Shown here in pieces: positions 12,001 to 21,034 of a stretch of DNA of 64,000 nt (positions are counted from its first letter, which is position 1; each line of letters starts with the position of its first letter). This stretch comes from Rhynchopus sp. YZ270_cl-10 (Eukaryota): positions 558,001-622,000 of the forward strand of contig OZ037843.1 in assembly GCA_964035575.1 (NCBI GenBank). The letters are read 5' to 3'. Under the pieces are notes generated by a model. The model did not search any database. It saw only the letters and a program-made list of their open reading frames with translations, and had not been told where the DNA came from. Both the position numbers and the translations under genes were made by a program.

Positions 12001-13418
12001 CTTGGAGTGGGAGGACTCGGAGTCGGTGGTGATGGTGTCGGTTTAACGTCACAACATTCGTCTCTGTCGCAAAAACTCTCGGGTACTGGGTCTGAAGTCC
12101 AAATGTGCGTGTAATCGTAATTGCAATCACTGCTACAGCAGAAGTTTTGAAGCTGGTGTATTGTGCACAGACGTCTGCCATCATTGGCGCAGATCGACAT
12201 TGCCTCGGAGTAAGTTTTACCTGTTCCGTAACAGACACCCGACGAGGTTAGCGAAGAACAGGAATTACTGTAATGGCGACAGTATCTGACAGCTCCGAGT
12301 GTTGCTGTGTCTCTTTGATGGTTCCCCGCACAAGCCAAGACCTGCAGTTGATGTGAGCCACTGCCACATGGTATGCTTGCACTTCCGGGTTTGGGCAACC
12401 AGTCAGCGGGACACGAAAACACATCACACATCACTGGAGGTGCTGGTGTCTGAGGTGCCACCGTCGGGGGTGCTGGTGTCGGTGGACTCGCAGTGGGAGG
12501 TCTTGGAGTCGGAGGGGGCAGTGTCGGGTTGACTTCACAACATTCGTCTCTGTCGCAAAAACTGTAGGGCACTGGGTCTGAAGTCCAAATGTGGATATAA
12601 TCGTAACTGCAACCACTGCCACAGCAGTGATTATTAAGCTGATCTATTGTGCACAGACGTCTGCCATCATTGGCGCAGATCGACATTGCCTCGGAGTAAG
12701 TTTTACCTGTTCCGTAACAGACGCCCGACGAGGTTAGCGAAGCACAGCCATTGCTGTCATGTGCACAGCATCTGACACCTCCAAGTGTTGCTGTGTCTCT
12801 TAGATTGTACACACCCTGACAAAGCTGGCCCTGCAGTTGATGTGAGCCACTGCCACATGGTATGCTTGCACTTCCGGGTTTGGGCAACCAGTCAGCGGGA
12901 CACGAAAACACATCACACATCACTGGAGGTGCTGGTGTCGGTGGCGACGGAGTCGGTGCCGGAGTAGGAGGTGATGGAGTCCTATCGGCAACTGCCAGCA
13001 CTGGGGCGGTGCAGTGAAATCTGTCAGGACATGTAGCGGCACATGTTCCAGATAGTGGACACTCAAATGAATTAAGGTGGCAAGAAATGAATTCTTCTGA
13101 GCAGGTGAGCGTGACGGATGCTGCATCAGCAGCTTGGATGTCCATCATCACGCAAGCATGATCCGAGGTGCAGAACACTTCAAGATCAACGCCAGCCCCT
13201 GCTGTGATGGTGATATAACGGCAACCAATTACGTTTGAACAGTGTATCGTACACTTCTTGCCCAGGGGACACACTATGTCTCCGTGACAACCACAATTGG
13301 TAGTACAGTCGGCGCCTGCGTCGGCCGTACATTTAATGCCAACCGCACTCTGAATGAAACTACTAAGAATAAGAGCTTCCAGAACGCTCACAAAACGGAA
13401 GAAGCTATAACCCTGCAT
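9036..13418 (-). CDS. Type I membrane mucin/extensin-like surface protein: signal peptide, Cys-rich N-domain, two duplicated Cys-rich ([11 protein letters not shown]) domains, ~900-aa (PTPSP)n stalk, C-terminal TM helix
   Basis: 1460-aa ORF; hydrophobic N-terminus; TM segment [23 protein letters not shown]; domain duplication at a 480-bp offset (~12046-12440 / ~12526-12920). Confidence 0.9.
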   Translation of the reverse strand: MQGYSFFRFVSVLEALILSSFIQSAVGIKCTADAGADCTTNCGCHGDIVCPLGKKCTIHCSNVIGCRYITITAGAGVDLEVFCTSDHACVMMDIQAADAASVTLTCSEEFISCHLNSFECPLSGTCAATCPDRFHCTAPVLAVADRTPSPPTPAPTPSPPTPAPPVMCDVFSCPADWLPKPGSASIPCGSGSHQLQGQLCQGVYNLRDTATLGGVRCCAHDSNGCASLTSSGVCYGTGKTYSEAMSICANDGRRLCTIDQLNNHCCGSGCSYDYIHIWTSDPVPYSFCDRDECCEVNPTLPPPTPRPPTASPPTPAPPTVAPQTPAPPVMCDVFSCPADWLPKPGSASIPCGSGSHQLQVLACAGNHQRDTATLGAVRYCRHYSNSCSSLTSSGVCYGTGKTYSEAMSICANDGRRLCTIHQLQNFCCSSDCNYDYTHIWTSDPVPESFCDRDECCDVKPTPSPPTPSPPTPSPPTPSPPTPSPPTPSPPTPSPPTPSPPTPSPPTPSPPTPSPPTPSPPTPGPSTPSPPTPSPPTPSPPTPSPPTPSPPTPSPPTPSPPTPSPPTPSPPTPSPPTPSPPTPSPPTPSPPTPSPPTPGPSTPSPPTPSPPTPSPPTPSPPTPSPSTPSPPTPSPSTPSPPTPSPPTPSPPTPGPSTPSPPTPSPPTPSPPTPSPPTPLPPTPSPPTPSPPTPRPPTPSPPTPSPPTPPTPSPPTPSPPTASPPTPSPPTPSPPTPSPPTPSPPTPSPPTPSPPTPSPPTPSPPTPSPPTPSPPTPSPPTPSPPTPSPPTPRPPTPSPPTPSPPTPSPPTPSPPTPSPPTPSPPTPSPPTPSPPTPSPPTPRPPTPSPPTPSPPTPSPPTPSPPTPSPPTPSPPTPSPPTPSPPTPSPPTPSPPTPSPPTPSPPTPSPPTPRPPTPSPPTPSPPTPSPPTPSPPTPSPPTPSPPTPSPPTPSPPTPSPPTPRPPTPSPPTPSPPTPSPPTPSPPTPSPPTPSPPTPSPPTPSPPTPSPPTPSPPTPSPPTPSPPTPSPPTPRPPTPSPPTPSPPTPSPPTPSPPTPSPPTPSPPTPSPPTPSPPTPSPPTPSPPTPSPPTPSPPTPSPPTPSPPTPSPPTPSPPTPSPPTPSPPTPLPPTPSPPTPSPPTPRPPTPSPPTPSPPTPPTPSPPTPSPPTASPPTPSPPTPSPPTPSPPTPSPPTPSPPTPSPPTPSPPTPSPPTASPPTPSPPTPSPPTPSPPTPSPPTPSPPTPRPPTPSPPTPSPPTPSPPTASPPTPSPPTPSPPTPSPPTPRPPTPSPPTPSPPTPPTPSPPTPSPPTASPPTPSPPTPSPPTPSPPTPSPPTPSPPTPSPPTPSPPTPSPPTPSPPTPSPPTPSPENTRTAVPTTVAAVAPLASTAVPTVIRTDVRTAVPAAVQDEAQSEMYFVAIGGGVVMLLVAVGIGAYVWHAQGNKGYSPQQSINAHHHNEPF
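9316..12041. repeat. Coding 15-bp minisatellite (PTPSP) with a 360-bp higher-order period
   Basis: Units such as GGTGGTGATGGTGTC and GGTGGACTTGGAGTC; the lines starting at 10201, 10561 and 10921 are identical. Confidence 0.9.
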
Positions 13419-13585
13419 CTTCGTATGGACCTGGGTGGAGCTCCACAGTAGCAGGCTGTTGTATTGTTTTTAAATTTTTCGACTTTTAAGCCACAGAGGT
13501 GAAGGTGCGCCCAGGGTTTTATATAGGTCCCCCGTGATCATGATCTGGTTTTCAGGAATTTGGGGCTCTGGGGGTGGTGGTGAAA

Positions 13586-13823
13586 AGGGGTGTTTCTTTG
13601 GGGCAACGAAAGGGGCGGGCGTTCAGGGAGAAAAATAAGGTTGAAAGTGTAAAGTGTAGTTCAATCGACAATAAAACGAGGAGGAAGAGGAAGAAGGAGA
13701 GGTGTAGGTGGCGGCACCTTGGCGCTCCGATCAGAGGAAAGAAGGGAGGGAGGGAAAAAAAAAAACTCACATTTGACCCTCCCATCGGACCCCACGCTCC
13801 ATAGTCTCGATGCACATCAGCAA
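13586..13823. repeat. ~230-bp dispersed repeat, copy 2
   Basis: Matches 3601-3826; lies just upstream of the mucin-like gene. Confidence 0.85.
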
Positions 13824-14884
13824 GCGCGTGGTTATGCCATCGCCACACACTAAATCATAGGAGATGCATGGTAAAGGAGGGGGTTGGGGGTGGGTCAGGT
13901 TGTTTTGTATGTGCTTCGATGGGCGGGGAAGGGTTTGAACGCTCAACTGCGACTGTAAAGCCTGCAGAGAGGGTACGGGTAGAACATAAGTTGTGTAATA
14001 TCATTTCAAGCCTGCTTCAGCACCCTTAAGAAGACAAATATGTGTGTGTCCTTTTGTGACAATCACCTTAAGCACCCACCCCTTCGGGTAGCAGGTTTGC
14101 AACTCATATGTCGAAGCCTTTTGCCTCAACACTAATCTTTTTCTCCCCTACCTGTACCCTACAAAATAGGTGTGGCGTGCGCTGACTCTATGTGAGCTTT
14201 CGAGACAGCCGTCATCACCCATTTGAATATGTTTGTTTTTGACACAAAATGCTTGCAACAATTAGCCTCATCATTTTGGACACATTTCATGGTTTTATTT
14301 TAACTTTTTTTTTGATAAATTGTTGGGGTAGTGTAGTTGCCTCGGTTGTGTTGCCACAGTTTTTTTTTTGTAGTTTTCGACAATCCCCTATAGCATGGGT
14401 TCTGTACAACAAAGGTCACCCGAAGGGTAATGAATTCCAAAGGTGTTAATGTAGTTCATCCTCAACCCATTTTTTTTCTTTTCCCTTTTTTTTTGTAAAA
14501 AAAATTATTGGAATAGTGTAGTTGCCACCCACAGCTCCACTGTTTTTTTTATTTTTTTGAAAACTTGGTTGTATTAGTGTAGCCACCCTAGAGTGTGCTA
14601 CACTACATTTTTTTTTTTGCTAATAACCCCTCACACAGGGTTTTATATAGGAATTTTTTCCTGAACAAACAGGGGCAAAAACTGAGAATTCATTTTTTCT
14701 CACCCACCCACCCAAAATCAAAGTTGTTTTTTCGGCTGGGGCCAGTTGTGGTGTGCCTTGAACCCCCTTGGCTGTAAACCCAATTGATAGCAATTCGTGC
14801 ACCAGGCGCACGTGGTACACGAATTGTAAGTAGCCAGTACATTTATAACAAAGAAAGGGCGGTCATGGCACCCAAAGGTTCCTA

Positions 14885-15075
14885 GCGAAGCCACGGTACG
14901 CAACATTTCAAAAAATTGCGCTCATAATCGCACATTTTTACAGCCAAACTATGTCAGGGAAGGGTGGGTTGCAATCTTGCGCCGCAGGCGCACGGTACGC
15001 TACTTTTATAATTTCGCCATGATGCATGCTTCCTTTTCCTTCGGCATTTGACCAATTGAGTCGCGTTCTGGCTGT
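14885..15075. repeat. Dispersed repeat (copy at ~26153-26345; fragments at ~26036, ~17702, ~42541 inverted)
   Basis: GCGAAGCCACGGTACGCAACATTTCAAAA...GCGCCGCAGGCGCACGGTACGCTACTTTT...TGACCAATTG.GTCGCGTTCTGGCTGTGACG. Confidence 0.8.
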
Positions 15076-15454
15076 GACGAGGGTGTGGGTAACCCTTGAG
15101 TATAGACGTGTGTGTTTTCTTTACTGACTTCTTCGTTTCGGCGACTGACTACCCCGGGCTGCACCCTGAGGCTACACCCCCCGGAGTGGGGTGGGGCAGC
15201 CCAGCCCAGAAAAGTTAAAACCCGGGGAAAACCCAGGCTTCGAACCGGGTTTGCTCTGCGCAAAATTAATTAAGCCCGGGTTTTCCCGGGCTTACTGCCC
15301 AAGATTTTCACCTCTGGTCACGAGTCGTGTTCTAAGCCAGTAAAACGCCCAAAAAAAAAATTTTTTTTTTTAGGTCCGAAAAGGGGAATTTTTTTTTTTT
15401 TTTCAATAACTGAGGATTGCCCTCAGTTCTGACCCCCTATATAAAAGTCTGCCC

Positions 15455-17179
15455 TCATATATTGACTGGGAGGACCGCCGTTTCGAAGCCCACTGTCGTA
15501 GACAGGCAACGCTCCTTCACAGCTGCAAGCGCCGTACGCAGCTCTGTCGCCTTGTCGCCAGCTGCTGCCAAGGCGGACGCTACGTTCCCATCCTTGAGAT
15601 AGAGCTGAACAGCAGTGTTGTAGTTACCCCAGGTGTTCCTACCTATGGCGTACATCCACTCCTCCTCTGTGGGCTCACTGCCCGACCCATCTTTGGGTAC
15701 AAACTCTGCCGCAATTTGCTCGTCACCGTATCTGCCAACACGAAACACAAACGGCACCAACCGCATATCATGTTCCAACTCAGTGTCGCTGAAGCACAGC
15801 CTATTGCACAGAACGTCGCACCCAAAGGCCCTTCCAGCCCGCTCCATGGCGTTAACATCGGTGACCAACGAACCTATCATGCTGAAGCGGCGCATCACAT
15901 CACACCCCATATCGCCTCGGAGAACATTCCCTGTTGCGACCCCGATGTTGATGTGGTTTTCGACAGTTCTGAGAATCATTGCGGAGACGTGAAGGGCGGA
16001 GGTGGCGTGCGAAGCACAACGGAGAGAGGTATTAAATGAACAGTGGATGCGGTCGCCTATGAACACATCCACCATTCCACGCCGCGTGGAGGTGGCATCA
16101 AGCGTCTGTGTGAGAAGAGCAGAAAAGAGCTGTCCAAAAGCTTCTACACTCTCTTCCAGCAGGCGTGCAGTTTCCTTTACGTTTATCGTTAATAGCGTTG
16201 CTTTTGCAGGGCTTAACCCTAAATCGGATAAGCGTGTTAGTGTGCTGAATAGAGGCGCGCTCTTCACAGATTCACGAAAACTGCTGGAGCTGTCGGAGCT
16301 GTCGGACTCCGTGTCGGCCGCCAAAGGGAGGCACGTCTTCGGGAGGTACGCTTTGTACCCGCGGAGGTTGCCTTCGAGGGTGCGCAGTGCTGTGATGATG
16401 CCCTCGGGGAGGTCGTCTTCGTGCTCCTCTAGCAGCTCCGCCACCTTCTCGACGTCGTAGCCAGCGAGGAGTGAGGCGATGTCTTGTACAGTGTTGATGG
16501 TGTTGCTCATGGATGCCTGCTCCTTCAGAACCGCGCGGGCGAAGCCTCGCGTTGCAATAAAGTCGACTAAAAATACTAGGGCGCTTCCACAGAAGTCGGT
16601 TGCAGCGCGGCCAATATGCTTTTTGCATGGAGGAAATTCGCAGGCGCTGTACTCAGCAAGAAGCTTCCGTCGTCCGTCGTCGCCCTCCTGAGGTACTAAC
16701 CCTGGAAGGTCGAACAGTCCTAACCGAAGAACCCGCTCCATCTGCAGTACCGCAAGCCAGCACACCACGAAGACCACAAAGCCGACAGTAAAGCGTGTGT
16801 CCACACGCATCACCAAGAGCATGTCGAGAACCAAAACTAAGAGAGGAAACATAATCTCGGACTCCACAGTGCGCGTCGAAAGATCCATCATCAGAACCGC
16901 GAACGCAAAACAAAATATGACAGAAGAAATAATTCTCGGCGTGAGTTTGAATCCACAGCTCAGGTATCCCATTACGGTGTAGGACAGTACGACCACCCCA
17001 AGCAAGGCTGCGCTGTGGACAGCGCGTGTGTTCCCTGCCATGGTGAAGAGGCTCAGGGCAGGCAGGCAGGCGACAGAGGAGGCGAAAGAGATCAAGAAAA
17101 GAACCTTCCGCCGCATGCGCTCCTCGCTCCCTGCCGTCCCGTCGAGCGACCAGACACGCTCGAGAAAGGAAGTCATCAT
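15455..17179 (-). CDS. Multi-pass membrane protein with a degenerate class III nucleotide cyclase-like domain (paralogue of the 1-1398 gene)
   Basis: Likely start is ATG 17179 (MMTSFLERVWSLDGT); the ORF-track start at 17278 is a GTG. Shares the TM region and VDFIATRGFAR..DIASLLAGYDVE with gene 1; cyclase-like VDVFIGDRIHCSFN and NIGVATG. Confidence 0.85.
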   Translation of the reverse strand: MMTSFLERVWSLDGTAGSEERMRRKVLFLISFASSVACLPALSLFTMAGNTRAVHSAALLGVVVLSYTVMGYLSCGFKLTPRIISSVIFCFAFAVLMMDLSTRTVESEIMFPLLVLVLDMLLVMRVDTRFTVGFVVFVVCWLAVLQMERVLRLGLFDLPGLVPQEGDDGRRKLLAEYSACEFPPCKKHIGRAATDFCGSALVFLVDFIATRGFARAVLKEQASMSNTINTVQDIASLLAGYDVEKVAELLEEHEDDLPEGIITALRTLEGNLRGYKAYLPKTCLPLAADTESDSSDSSSSFRESVKSAPLFSTLTRLSDLGLSPAKATLLTINVKETARLLEESVEAFGQLFSALLTQTLDATSTRRGMVDVFIGDRIHCSFNTSLRCASHATSALHVSAMILRTVENHINIGVATGNVLRGDMGCDVMRRFSMIGSLVTDVNAMERAGRAFGCDVLCNRLCFSDTELEHDMRLVPFVFRVGRYGDEQIAAEFVPKDGSGSEPTEEEWMYAIGRNTWGNYNTAVQLYLKDGNVASALAAAGDKATELRTALAAVKERCLSTTVGFETAVLPVNI

Positions 17180-18116
17180 GAATCCTGGGAGGTGCAGGTG
17201 GTTGTGTCGCTGTAAGGTTGCTGTGGATTGTGGGTGTTTTGATAAATTAGAAATTAAATTCTGGTATTTTTCGGGCACAATGTCACAAAACCAGGGTGTT
17301 TCCTAATTCTGGAAATTTTCCGAAAAATTCCGACATCCGGAAGCAAATTTTTTCCCTGGAAAAAAAGTGGGTTTTCAGCCCCAAAACATGCCGCAATTGG
17401 CATTTCCGGAATCCGTCCGCGCTGTGGTGGGGTCAATTTGCCGAAATGGCCAAGTTCTTGGTTTTGGTCAAAATGAGTGTAAGGTAAAGGGTACCAGGTA
17501 AATCCCACAACCCAGATTTTCTCACCCTGATACTGAAAACATGAAAATGCGCGAAAACACCGACATTTGCATTTTCGGAATCCGTCCGTTGTGTGGTGGG
17601 GTCAATTTGCCGAAATGGACAAGTTCTTGGTTTTGGTCAAAACCCGTCAGTGTAAGGTAAAGGGTCCAAGTGTTTGCCTGTAGAAACTGGTAGGAACAGG
17701 CAGCGCCGCAGGCGCACGGTACCCAACATCGGTGAAAATAAAAATTCCCAAAAACTGCTTTATTATTTGAATGATTGGAGCGATCCAGAACAGCGAACAT
17801 ACTTTTTTCGGAAAAATACCAAAAAATAAGCACTTTAGACACGTGCCTAATCTTTTCCCGCAATTTTTTTCCCTGGCAATTTTTTTCCAAATCCCCGGAA
17901 GCGGAAGCAAATTAGGAAACACCCTGCACTTAAAGCCAGAAAACAAAAAGTGAAAAAAAATGTGTTAAACTGAAGTATCGTTGTTGTGGTCAATTGAATA
18001 CTCAAAGAACAAGCGAGCTTCTGTCTTTTTCAATCCGTTTTGTTTGCCCGTAACGCTGCCTCCAATCTTTTTAGAATTGGCAACAAGTTGTTCGATCAAA
18101 AAACATTTGGAGAACG

Positions 18117-19493
18117 TCACTCGGTGTTCTCTGTGTCCATGTCTGCCCCTGCATTAATCAGCACCTGCACCACATCTGTGTGATTTTCCTCCACCGCACA
18201 CTGCAACGCAGTCTTGTTGTCACCGTCTCGGTGATTCACATCCACCTCTGGCAAGCCCACAAGATAGCGCACAGTCTCGGTGTGTCCAAAAAACGCTGCA
18301 AGTGTAAGACACGTATCACCTTGGCTGTCTGTGACATTCAATCCTGCACCTGCTTCAACCAACATCTTCACAGTGTCGAGGCCTTCAACAGCACAGTGCA
18401 GAGGAGTACGTCCATAGTCGTTCTTCATCTCGATGTCTGCCCCTGCATCAATCAGCACCCGCACCACGTCTGTGCATGCCTTCTGCCCTGCGCGGTGCAA
18501 CGCAGTGTCGTTGCTAGCGGCTCCGTGATTCACATCCACCTCTGGCAAACCCACAAGATAGCATACAGTCTCGGTATGTCCAAAGGTTGCAGCAAGGGCA
18601 AGACACGTGGCTCCTTTGTTGTCTGTAACACACACTCCCGCACCTGCTCTGACCAATATCTTCACATTGTCGAGTGCTCCTGCTTCGCAAGCACAGTGCA
18701 GAGGGCAGTGCCCGTTACAGTTCTTTATCTCGATGTCTGCCCCTGCATCAATCAGCAACTGTACAACGTCTGCGTCTCCCTCTCCCGACACACAGTGCAA
18801 CGCAGTGTAGTCGTCAGAGTCTCGGCGATTTACATCCACCTGTGGCAAGCCCACAAGATAGCGCACAGTCTCGGTGTGTCCAAAATTGCCAAAAAGTGCC
18901 GCAAGGGTAAGACACGTAACTCCATTGTTGTTTGTGACATTCACTCTTGCACCTCTTTCAACTAACATCTTCACAACGCCGAGTGCTCCTGATTCGCAAG
19001 CATGGTGCAGAGGCGAACCTCCCCCGGCATCCTTTGTCTCGATGTCTGCCCCAGCATCAATGAAGACGCGACACACTGCAGGGTCTGACCACATCGCCGG
19101 ACAGACACCCGCTGACTGACCTGCGCTGTGCTTGGACACGTGCGGGACAAACTCCTCATTCTTGCAGACAGACTTCCAATGCTGCAAGAGGACCTCCGTG
19201 CACGCAACGTGGTTTGCGTGGACACACTCACTCAGCAAGATCCCAAAGCCCGCCTGCGTTGTCTCAACATGCGGAAGAAGCAGTGCGAGGCATTCATCGT
19301 GGTTCCCTCTGCATGCCTCGTGCGCAGCATCGAAGTCAACTGTTTTGCTATCTGGGGGAAGCTTCTCAAGGACCGCCCGCACGGCAGTCGTGTCGCCCTT
19401 CTTGGCAGCCTCCACCAAGACTTCATCTGCAGAAAGCTGCCTTCTCTTTGGTGGGTTCTCATCCTGTGTGCTGTATGCGTGTCGCTTCGGCAT
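18117..19493 (-). CDS. Ankyrin-repeat protein with N-terminal basic NLS-like motif
   Basis: Repeated G.SPLH.AC..G, TCL.LAA.FGHTETVRYL, TAL..A....DVV.VLIDAGAD; N-terminus MPKR...PPKRR. Confidence 0.92.
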   Translation of the reverse strand: MPKRHAYSTQDENPPKRRQLSADEVLVEAAKKGDTTAVRAVLEKLPPDSKTVDFDAAHEACRGNHDECLALLLPHVETTQAGFGILLSECVHANHVACTEVLLQHWKSVCKNEEFVPHVSKHSAGQSAGVCPAMWSDPAVCRVFIDAGADIETKDAGGGSPLHHACESGALGVVKMLVERGARVNVTNNNGVTCLTLAALFGNFGHTETVRYLVGLPQVDVNRRDSDDYTALHCVSGEGDADVVQLLIDAGADIEIKNCNGHCPLHCACEAGALDNVKILVRAGAGVCVTDNKGATCLALAATFGHTETVCYLVGLPEVDVNHGAASNDTALHRAGQKACTDVVRVLIDAGADIEMKNDYGRTPLHCAVEGLDTVKMLVEAGAGLNVTDSQGDTCLTLAAFFGHTETVRYLVGLPEVDVNHRDGDNKTALQCAVEENHTDVVQVLINAGADMDTENTE

Positions 19494-21034
19494 TGTGTGT
19501 TTTTCTTTTGTTGCTGTGTCTTTTTTGTGTTGGCCTATTTTTGTGCAGAGGTTGTGGGGAGAGAAGACTCAGAACACACATGCAACACACCCTGTGAGGG
19601 AACGGAATACGTGGGTACATCACACACAACCACAGCCACCTCCACGAGTCCCTGGGCAACGCTCAAAGAGGCTCACGGAAGACGTCCACCCTCGCTAACG
19701 GCTCTGGTGAATAACAGCTGTCACTCTCGTGCACACCCATCGTTTACCACTATCGGTATCGTGCGGGAACACTTTGAGTTTGAGATTTGCCTCTTTGTCA
19801 CAGAGATAAAACCCCGCAAAACCCCCCGCATAAAGTTCACATACATTATTGGTGAATACTAACGGGTTCGTGAACCTCACACGGGTTTTAGTTTATTCGT
19901 GAACCTTAACGGGATGAAGGCCGTTCCTTGTGCGGGACGTGAACCTTATCAGATATAAACCTTGTGAGGGGGGGTGGGGTTTATTCGCTTTTTTAATTTA
20001 ATACGGTACCCGAGAAAGACAAGCTTGAGAGCCTGCCCTGCTAAACCCAGTGAAGCGCAGAAACTCTGTGTTCTTCAAACAAACACAACAAAACAAAATT
20101 GGTGTGGCCGACCCCAACCCCAAAATAGCAGAAAAATAGCACCCCCTTTCAGCCACACCCAGGGTCCTCAAGGGGGTGCAAAAAAAAATTTTTGCACCCA
20201 AAAAAAAAAAAAAAAAAAAAAGAAAAGTCGGGGGGGGTGCAAAAAATATTTTTGCACCCCCCCCAAAAAAAAAAAAAGTTTTTTTGGGGCGAAAAAAATT
20301 TTTTGAGGGGGAAAAAATTTTTTCAGGCTTCAGCAGGGATTCTCTGGCTTCGTCAGCACCACAACAGACACAGCCAAGCACCACTAGGTGGCTGTCACAC
20401 TCACAATGTGTGAAAGTGGTGCCAGGGATGCTCCCTGCGATTGTCGCCACCTTTAGCAGTCCAGGAAAGCAAGCGAAGTGATTATGTGGAAGTGTATTTC
20501 GTTTTATGCATGGGTACTGAGTGTAATTTTCCGCTCGCTGCGCTCGCGGAGGTACACCTTAAAATTTTTTTCCGCTCGCTTCGCGAGCGGAAAGACACCC
20601 CAATGTGAAATAAAAAAACGGGCGCAGGAAAATTTTTTGAGCCTCCCACGATTTCACAAAAACCCAAAAAAATAGCGTCAGGCCCTGGTTTCCCCATTTT
20701 CCCGTGAATTTTCACACCTCTTCCAACTTTGTCAGGGAGGAGCGCGCGCGAAGCGCGCGTGACGACCGCTTGTGTGGGGAGAAAGCTCGGAATGGACTTT
20801 TCTGAAGGGTTTTGTACAGAAAAATTTTTGCACCCCCAAAATTCCCAGAGAGGGGTGCAGGCTGAGGACCCTGGCCACACCAGAAATACAAAAAAAAAGA
20901 GCAGTTTAAATGCTGAACACATGCTCGGTCGCATATAAAAGAAAATATCCCCCTCCGCACTTGAAGGTTCTGCGCCGTTAATGAGCCTGAACCACGTCCA
21001 ACGCTAAGTGTGCCGTCAACAGGCTGTGCGTCTC

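Noticed and set aside
9145..12238. 989-aa Gly/Val ORF (+) and 991-aa His-rich ORF (-)
   Set aside because: Stop-free alternative frames of the PTPSP repeat; only 9036-13418 has a signal peptide, domains and TM.
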